A stretch of 64,000 bases of DNA from Gracilinanus agilis (Eukaryota): the NCBI RefSeq assembly GCF_016433145.1, contig NC_058132.1, positions 100,304,847 to 100,368,846 on the forward strand. Direction: 5' to 3'. Below are positions 56,087 to 64,000 of the stretch, piece after piece (position 1 is the stretch's first letter; the number at the start of each line of letters is the position of its first letter). The position numbers were made by a program, and so were the translations under genes. Under the pieces are notes generated by a model that made no database searches, had not been told where the DNA came from, and worked only from the letters and a program-made list of their open reading frames with translations.

Positions 56087-57902
56087 TGTGGTATTGGAAA
56101 TTTGGGGGTCCTCGAACTAATTTTGAGGTCCCTGATCTAAACTTCTTGTGGACATTTAGGGCTCTTTCAAACTGTATTTTCCAAGAGCCAACTGGCTTCC
56201 TCTCTTCCGTAATCACGTGGATAGGAAGCATAATAACATAGACAGAAGGATAAATAGGGAGTGGCTGGATTGGCATCCTCTCTTTGGTGATTTGAAGCAG
56301 AGCCAGGATGGGGAAAGGAGGTAACAGGCCATGTCTTTTAAACTGACTCTTAACATGTGTAATGGGGAGAATTTGAGGAAAGGTGTGTGGTAAAAGGGGA
56401 TTTTGAAAGGAGGTTGTCAGGGACTTGCTAGATAAGTAATATGAGTTACAGATAGGCTGGAATAAGGAGATTCAGGATATAATATGGGGCTGAAGTCAAG
56501 GAGTATAGCACTGAAGGGAACAAAGATCTTCAGGGAGAGGAGGAATTAATATAAACAGGCAAAGACAGCAGGGCTTATAGACCAGGACTTAGACTTAAAG
56601 ACAAACTGAGGGAAATAGACCGAACTGAAATTAACTACAGGCTTTAGTTAATTTCACAGGAAGGGACTTATTTTCTTTTTTAATTAGACATTTATTAATA
56701 TTCGTTTTTAACCTGTTTACATACTTTATGCCCCTACTTTCCCCTTCACCCCCCGCTCTCCCCCCACCCATGGCCAACGCACATTTCCACTGGTTGTAAC
56801 GTGTCCTTGTTCAGGGTCTATTTCCCATTCATGTCCGCCTCAGCCCATGCTTTCAAGCAATGGTTTATCTTATATGTTTCCTCTCCTGCAGTCCTTCCTC
56901 TGAATGTGGGTAGCATCTTTACCATAAATCCCTCAGAGCTGTCTTGTGTCATTGCATTGCTGCTGGTACAGGAGCCCATTACATTCGATTTTACCATAGT
57001 ATATCAGTCTCTGTGTACAATGTTCTTCTGGCTCTGCTCCTTTCGCTCTGCATCACTTCCTGGAGGTCTCTCCAATTTGCATGGAATTCCTCCAGTTTAT
57101 TATTCGGAAGGGACTTGTTTTGAAGTTACACCTTCCTTCAAGATGGATACCCCGACTTCCCTTCAAGCCCAGAGTATGTTGGTTCTTTCCCTCTTCTTCC
57201 CTCTCTTACTAATTAACTGACAAATTAACTAACAGGTCTGTTGAAAACACAAAAGGGTTTATTGTCTTTAAGGATGATTTGTCAGGAAAAGTGGATTGAG
57301 GAAGCCTTAACAGTTGTTTACAGAAACCTCAGGTGGGGGAAGGGAGGCAGAGATGGAGTCTGAGCAAGGTCCTGCCTTAGCTCAGCTCTCAAGGTGCTCT
57401 TGATGTCTAAAGGGAATAAAATGATGACTAACCAATTTCTTTAGATAAAATACTGCCAAATTATAGTTAAACCCCTCACAGATTTGAACTACTCTCTAAT
57501 TTACTCTCCCGATTCACTCCACAGACATTTAAAGATAAGGGAAGGAAGGTAGAAATAAGGTAGGGAATGAAGATACAAAGGGTTTATCTAAACTAACAAT
57601 TCTTAAATAAATATTCCAAAGCTAGGCTAAAATTTCAATTCTTTAGATAGGTAAGGAAGTAGCTCAGCTGGTCTGAACCTCTCTCCATGAGATTCCCAAA
57701 CCAACTGCCTTCTCTCCCTCAAGATTCCAAACTCCTAACTGATTTCAGAACTCAGCCAAAGCTTGAAAAAAACTATCATGCCCCCCCCCCCCCTCTGTAC
57801 TACACATGGCACATGGCTTCAATTTTCTAGTGGCTACCAATAAATCTTTTAAATCCCTAATATTTTTAAATCTATCCTTTTATATCCATTTTATTTCTTA
57901 CA
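56087..57902 (-). mobile_element. Long solo LTR (about 1.37 kb net); orientation tentative
   Basis: TGT...ACA ends with 4-bp TSD TCAC (56083-56086 and 57903-57906). Confidence 0.8.
56675..57105 (-). mobile_element. 5'-truncated L1 3' end inserted into the LTR
   Basis: 16-bp TSD ggaagggactt(a/g)tttt at 56659-56674 and 57106-57121; T-rich tail on the left. Confidence 0.9.
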
Positions 57903-58244
57903 TCACACAGCTAAGAAATATCTGAGGCTAGATCTGAACCCAGGACCTCTCATCTTTAAACCTGGCTCTATTTATTGAGCCACCTAGCTGCCCCCAGAAT
58001 TTCACATTTTTAAATAATTATATTCATGAAGTTTATTTCTAAACTTGTGTAAGACTTTACAATTAAGCCTATTTAATTTTTCTTATTCAGTCCAATGTTC
58101 TAGTCAAAATCCTTCCTAAACTTGACTTTGCCATCCAGCATGTTGGCTTCCAGTTTTGTGTCATCTCCATATTTGGTAAGTGTGCAATAGATGCTTTTTA
58201 TCTATGTCCTTTAAAATATTAAAACAACACAAGGCTGGGATAGC

Positions 58245-58410
58245 TAAGTGGTCCAGTGGATAGAGCACCAGGCCTGGAGTCCAGAGTAGTTGGGTTCAAA
58301 TTGGATCACAAATATTTTCTAGCTGTATGACCCTGGGCAAGTCACTTAATCTCATTTGCCTAGCCCTTGCCCTTCTGTCTTAAGAGTTGCTACCAAGACA
58401 GAAAGTAGGG
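58245..58410 (+). mobile_element. SINE1_Mdo-type SINE
   Basis: gggatagctaagtggtccagtggatagagc...ctagcccttgcccttctgtcttaagagttgctaccaagacagaaagtagggg. Confidence 0.8.
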
Positions 58411-59470
58411 GTTAAATACAAACAAACAGCATGAGGATAGGAACAGGTCCTTTGGGCTTTCCACTGGAGACATTTTCCTAAGGTGATGACTACTCCAAAG
58501 GCCCACTACTAAACCAGTTCCACATTTATCTCTAGTCCACTTTGCTCTAGGAAGTTTACCAGGAATCGATGTCAAGCCTCACCAGCCTCCAACTTGGGAG
58601 TCTACCTTCTTCCCCTTCCTGAAAATTGTAACATTTAACTAACTCCAATCCACTGGTGCCTCTCCTGTTAGCTCCATTCTTCAAAAATTGCTCAGCAGAT
58701 ACATTTAAAAATCCTTTCAGTACCCTGTGACAAGTTCGATCCATGGCAGGAACCTGACATTCATTAAGGGGTAGGTAGGTACTCATCTCTTCTAATTTAT
58801 TTTGGGTATCAATTTCCTAGAAATCATTTTTGTTCCAGTCTTCTCTCCCATGGGAGGCCTCCAATAACCTCTCCTTGGAGACATTATGGAACAGTGGTCT
58901 TCTCAGGTTAAAGACACAACTAGATGGCTTCTGAGGTCCCTCACAACTCATTCTATAATTTTTGGCTTCAATGAATGTTTCTTGAATAAATTACTACCCT
59001 GGCTCCCCTGTATGACTATAAACTCTCAGAGGGCAGGGATCACATCTCTTAAGGAGTCACTCCTCTCGCCAGGCTTTTACCTGTCCTGAAAACTCAGAAA
59101 GTCCACAGTGGACTTCCCACTGCCAGGAGGAGTCCTGAAAAAATAATGCCTAAAGAGGCAAAAAGAAAATGACTAATGAGTTTGATGCCAAATTACCTTG
59201 TATCCATAATAATAAAAATTAGTGATATCCCTATATGCAATCTTTGCTATTTATAACAGGCTTTCCTCACAACCATCCTAGGGTGGGCGTTCCAAGTATT
59301 ATCATTATTCTTATCTCACATATAGAAACTGAGACTTTAGTGAATTCTGTGAGTCACATAGCTCATGGATGGCAGAACTGGACCTCAGATTTGGGTCCTC
59401 CAACTCTAAGCCTAGGGTTCTTTCTTTCCACTCTACTATAGGATCACGGATTTTTAGAGACTATCTAGAC

Positions 59471-59653
59471 CAGTGATTCCCAAAGTGGGCGCTACCACCC
59501 CCTGGTAGCAATCCAGGGGGGCAATGATGGCCACAGGTGCATTTATCTTTCCTATTAATTGCTATTAAAATTTAAAAAATTAATTTCTAGGGGGCTAAGT
59601 AATATTTTTTTCTGGAAAGGGGGCAGTAGGCCAAAAAAGTTTGGGAACCACTG
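59471..59653 (+). mobile_element. hAT MITE, copy 3
   Basis: Same family as 25959; 8-bp TSD ATCTAGAC. Confidence 0.95.
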
Positions 59654-59770
59654 ATCTAGACTAATATCCCCATTTTATAAATGTAGAAACTGAGGCCTAG
59701 ACTGGTTATATGATTTCCTTAACATAAGTAGTGGAATATGGAAATAAACCTAGGTCATCCATGTTGATGT

Positions 59771-60153
59771 TGTGCAGTTTATAATTATTCTAAGCCCTGG
59801 GAGACTACATCTCCCAGGGCTCCCTGCTACAACTTCCCCCGACACCTCTCACTTCCTTTGTGGGAGGTGTTGGAGAAAGTATAAAAGAGAGTTTGGGCGC
59901 CTTTTCACTCTCTCAAGCTGAGGCTCTTGGATCCTGGGCTCTCTCTACCTGGGAGGAGGAGGAGACTCCTTTCCCTTTCCTAATCTAAATAAGACCTAGC
60001 TATTCTATAAACTCAAGTTGTTTTCTGATCTTTTATTTGGGCTCTGGTCAATTTGGGCTCTGGTCAATTTCCCCCTGCTGGGGTTGGGGACTGCTACCTT
60101 TCTCTCTTTCTCCCATCCATTCTTCCTCTTACCTTCCTCCCTTCACCCTCACA
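59771..60153 (+). mobile_element. Solo LTR (about 383 bp)
   Basis: TG...CA ends, 4-bp TSD ATGT, TATA gtataaaagag at about 59879. Confidence 0.85.
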
Positions 60154-60189
60154 ATGTTGATCACTCATCTAATCATGTTCAACTTTTAA

Positions 60190-60410
60190 GAACCCCACAT
60201 ATTGTCTGTGAGATTTTCTTGGCAAAGATATTGGAGTAGTTTGCCATTTCTTTTTCCAGATCATTTTCCAGATGAGGAAACTGAGGCAAATAGGGTTAAA
60301 TGACTTGCCTGGGGTCACATAGCTAGTAGATGTCCAAGGCCAAATTGAATTCAGGTCTTCCTGACTCCAGGCCCAGGGCTTTATCCACTCAACTATCCAG
60401 TTGCTCCCAG
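60190..60410 (-). mobile_element. MAR1-type SINE
   Basis: ttttcttggcaaagatattggagtagtttgccatttc plus the reverse CORE motif. Confidence 0.85.
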
Positions 60411-60443
60411 GTCCTCCATATTCCAGTGATACTTTCAGTACAT

Positions 60444-60484
<41 letters not shown>

Positions 60485-60829
60485 TGTGAATATATGCACT
60501 TGTTTGTTGGGGGGGGGGGTCACGAATGGTGGAGATTCTATATATTCACCCATGTAAAAAACAGGTTGGAGAGAGGATGAACTGTATAGCAACTCAAGAT
60601 TCCTAGATTTAGGGTTAAAAGGACCTTAGAGCTCACCTACTTCAACTCCATCATTTTCTCAGTCAAGAAGTTGGAGCTTAGAGACAAAGTCCCACAGACA
60701 GTGTCACATCCCAGAGTCAAACCCTAGTCCTCTGATTCTAAGTCCCTAGGATGCATGACATGGTCAAGAGAGTGATGCTGAAGGACATCCACAACTTGTA
60801 ATGATGCTAAAATAGAGGTCTCCCACAGG

Positions 60830-62238
60830 TGGGAAATGGCACCTACATTTATTGACCCCAGGGAAGCTTTTATACAAAGAAAGATGCACACATATAGTAT
60901 TTTCATCTCCTTTTATTGAAGGAAATAGAAACTTGTGCTACGGAGTCTGGGGCACCTTTGAAGTAGGACTTGGTGGCCAATGGGCCTGTCAGCCCAGGAT
61001 TGAAGTTGGGAGAACAGACTACAGACAGGGAAAATGTGAGCCAACCATTCCAATTGCACATGGAAAGCCAAGAGCCCTGCCACGCATCTTATGGGACAGC
61101 ATCTCCTTCATGGCTGCCATGGGCATCATCTCAACCTACTCCTCTTGTGCTGTTAAAATCAAGATCATTCAATCCTCCTTGTAACCAAGCCTGCCCCAGA
61201 TCCAGCAACACTTGAATTCTCCCCTTTGGCTCATCCGCCCCAAAGACCCAACCTCACCATCCAGCTAAAAGACCTAGCCTAAAAACAAGTTGAATTCTCT
61301 CTAAAAATAATCCATAGTAATGGCAGAGGCATAACCACGCTAAAAGGAAAAAAAATGGCTCAGCAAATTTCCCCACCCCCAGCTTTCTCTCATCACCCTT
61401 TGCCCAAATGTATCCTTGGAAACTTCTTAGTGGCACGAAACATGTAGAAAATAAAGCTGAGAGGGAGCGAGCATCCAGGGAGAAGGGGGCTGGAACAGGA
61501 GCGAAATTGAAAACTGTTATATTAGGCAAGGCTGGTTCAGGAAAAATGCATGGGGACCTTTATTGGGCCAAGTCCTCCCAATGGTCACAAGCAGAGCACA
61601 AAGAACATTGAAGAGTCCAGCTCTTGCCCACCCAGGGGCCAGAGGGGCCTGAGTCAGGCTCCAGAAAGCAAAGCCATCTCCCATCCCCAGTTGATTAAAA
61701 CTGCTCACCATTCCTCCAGCTATTCCAGTCTTCAAGTTAAATGAGGTTGGTAAATGAGGTGGTTTGGGATTAGGAAGGCAGGGAAATATGGAAGCCTCCA
61801 CCACTGGGAGAGATGGGATGTCATGGGATCAGAATACCCAGTGGTTATATTTTCTTTGAAGGATGACAATAAAAGTTAAAGGGAGAGAAAGAAAACATTT
61901 CACTATGTGGAAATAAGGTTCAGCACCTCTCCATGATGATGCTGGACCATCCATACACAATCTTTGCCTTCCAGCCCATGGAAGAAAGGGCAGGTTCTTG
62001 GCCTAAGAGCAGCAATGGATGGGTTACGGTCTCCATCACAGATCTCTCCTCAATGTTGGACCAAAGCTATTTCTGCCAACCTTTACCCACGGTTCCCAGT
62101 CTTGAGAGCTCTAGGCGAGCAGGAAGAGGACAACACCACGGAGGAGGCAAGGACCAGGAGCGCGCCAGGGATTGAAGGTCTCTGCGGGAACATTTCACAG
62201 CAGGCTTGGCAGGAGGATGCTGGGGAGGGTTGGGGATT
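60830..62238 (-). other. PAK1: PAK1 3'UTR (inferred extent)
   Basis: TE-free sequence continuous with the stop codon, ending near the AATAAA signals. Confidence 0.6.
60848..60917 (-). terminator. Candidate PAK1 polyadenylation signals (AATAAA at 60912-60917 and 60848-60853)
   Basis: Two minus-strand AATAAA hexamers 1.3-1.4 kb past the stop, where TE-free sequence gives way to TE-rich sequence. Confidence 0.6.
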
Positions 62239-62325
62239 CTAATGGTTGTTTTTTGTGGCCTCCTTTGCAGCGGCAATCAGGGGCGTGAGGCTGGAGAGGG
62301 GCTTGGCAAGTTTCAAGAACTGATG
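62239..62325 (-). CDS. PAK1: PAK1 (p21-activated kinase 1) last coding exon
   Basis: Acceptor ttctttgattcttccag| then [28 protein letters not shown], the PAK1 C-terminus (human [28 protein letters not shown]). Confidence 0.97.
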   Translation of the reverse strand, partial: HQFLKLAKPLSSLTPLIAAAKEATKNNH

Positions 62326-63079
62326 CTGGAAGAATCAAAGAAAAAAACAAAGAGTGAGAAACAGGCCCCTCTGCCACTATTCAGAGCATCTGGCACACAG
62401 CATGCATTAAACAAGGCTTGTTGATGTTGAGTATCTGTCCATCTAGAATGCAAAGACTTAGACAATCTCCAAATCATAGCTGGTAATTATATGGTGCTTT
62501 TATGATTTGGCAAGCATTAAACATCATCTCAATTGAGTCTTATAATAATCCCATGAGGCAGGTACTATAGCTAGCATTATTTCCATTTTACAGAGGGAAT
62601 GACTCTCCCATGGTTAGAGACAGGGTGTAAGCCTAGGCTGGCATTCCTGGCATATTACAGACTAGGAAAAATGGAAATGGAATGGGAACTGGATTTGGAG
62701 GCCAGAGACCTCAGTTCAAATCTGGACTCTGCCCAAATATTCCCTAAATAAGCCACTGAATCTCTCTGTCCCCTATTTCTAAATCTGTAAAATGAGAGAG
62801 TTAGACTAAATGAATTCTAAAGTCACTTCTAGCTCCACGTGTAGGATCCAATGACTCCAACCTCAATCCCCTATCCACTGTATCATGCTGCCTCTTTAAT
62901 AATAAAGATGCCTTTCAGGAGTCCCAACTGTTTCTTAAGGCATTATTTCCACTGATTCACCTTAAGTTCCAACACACTAACCAGAGAAATTAAGCATACA
63001 GTATTAGATTATAAGGGGATGGCAATGAGCTAGGTTACCTGGACAGACCCCTATAATAACTGCATGCTTTTGTTACTTA

Positions 63080-63290
63080 CTTAATTAAACTTATTTTGAA
63101 AAAACTATTTTCATTTAACTTTATTTTACATGTAAGCAAAATATTTAACATTCTTTTTTTAAAATTCCATATTCTCTGTCTCTGTCTCTGTCTCTCTCCC
63201 CCCCCACCCCATCCTTGAGAAGGCAGCAATTTGATATAAATTATACATGTGCAATCATGCAAAACATTTCCATATTAGCCACATTGCAAA
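63080..63290 (-). mobile_element. L1 3' end
   Basis: gcaatttgatataaattatacatgtgcaatcatgcaaaacatttccatattagcc, also seen at 48700 and 49130. Confidence 0.8.
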
Positions 63291-63339
63291 CTGAGAGAAG
63301 TACCGACAAGCTTGAAAGCATTCAGAGAAGGTGCCCAAG

Positions 63340-63551
63340 GCAGTAAGGGAACTCTAAACTAGAAATATCAGATACACCCCATGTGGCCCACCAGAAGCAG
63401 ATTAAATTGTCATTGAGAAATATTTCCCATAAGAAATGAAAATGCAATAAAACATAGATAACATTACATTTGAAAACTAAGTTAGTATGTGGCCCACAGG
63501 GATCCTTATCAGTGGCCTGAGTTCCTACTGTAATAGAGTTTGACACCACGG
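63340..63551 (-). mobile_element. Old hAT-type MITE
   Basis: atgtggccc...gagtttgacaccac terminal motif. Confidence 0.55.
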
Positions 63552-63569
63552 CTGTAAACTACATCATAA

Positions 63570-63810
63570 GAGGGCATAGATTAAAGAGGGATCTGTTTAG
63601 ACTGGAGAAGAGAAGGTGTGGGGGAACATAATTGCTGTCTTCAAACACATGAAGGGCTATAATGGGAAAGAAGGGATAATCTCATTCTACTGAGGAGTAG
63701 GAGGGAAGATGCTCAGAACCAGAGACAATGAGAGGAAGTTATAAGGAGGCCTTTTAGTGCAACAGAAGAAGCAATTTCTAATAGTAAGAAGAATTTAACA
63801 GTTGAATGGG
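63570..63810 (+). mobile_element. CR1/L3 fragment
   Basis: gtttagactggagaagagaagg...gctgtcttcaaacacatgaagggct. Confidence 0.75.
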
Positions 63811-63811
63811 G

Positions 63812-64000
63812 AAGAAGGGCAGTTTGGTGGTTCAGTGGATAGAGAACCAGGCCTGGAGTTGGGGAGTCCTGGGTTATGACCTCTTACAATTCCCAGCTTT
63901 GGGATCCTGGGCAAGTTACTTAACCCCAGTCGCCTAGCCTTTGTTGCTCTTCTGCCTCGGAACTGATAATCAGTATCTTAGTTTCAGTCCTAAGATGAAA
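63812..64000 (+). mobile_element. SINE1_Mdo-type SINE
   Basis: gggcagtttggtggttcagtggatagagaaccaggcctggag...gcctagcctttgttgctcttctgcctcggaac. Confidence 0.8.

Larger units (their letters stand above)
55975..57995 (-). mobile_element. SINE1_Mdo split by an LTR element (SINE halves 55975-56086 and 57903-57995)
   Basis: ...ttgctcagagtcac|insertion|tcacacagctaagaaatatctgaggc reconstitutes one SINE. Confidence 0.85.

Noticed and set aside
60852-61184. 110-aa plus-strand ORF with a TM-like end
   Set aside because: Antisense to the PAK1 3'UTR, no recognisable homology and no exon chain.
61933-62424. Several overlapping 60-92 aa ORFs
   Set aside because: Alternative frames of the GC-rich PAK1 last exon and UTR.

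Overview
Marsupial genomic DNA, most likely a didelphid opossum: it carries SINE1_Mdo-type and MAR1-type SINEs, a 7SL-derived retroposon, L2/CR1, marsupial-type L1 and young hAT elements. Two minus-strand genes bound the window. The last coding exon and 3'UTR of PAK1 lie at about 60.8-62.3 kb, and the first recognisable coding exon of GDPD4 is at 1904-2059; this PAK1-then-GDPD4 order matches the synteny I recall for human 11q13-14. A CpG/GC-box-rich candidate GDPD4 promoter lies at about 43.1-43.9 kb, so roughly 41 kb of the window is probably GDPD4 5'UTR intron. That interval is full of transposable elements: two two-LTR ERV-derived elements, solo LTRs, Charlie1, a hAT transposase fossil, MITEs, L1 and L2. 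It also holds a degenerate head-to-tail array of about 0.8-0.9 kb units (at least 8 copies, 21-42 kb) that I cannot assign to a known family. Other highlights are a C2H2 zinc-finger fragment at the PBS position of an LTR element and a perfect RFX X-box beside a splice donor at 11.1 kb. There is one assembly gap (39604-39968). Family names come from recalled consensus sequences, not database searches, and many repeat boundaries are approximate. Minor SINE fragments are not all listed.
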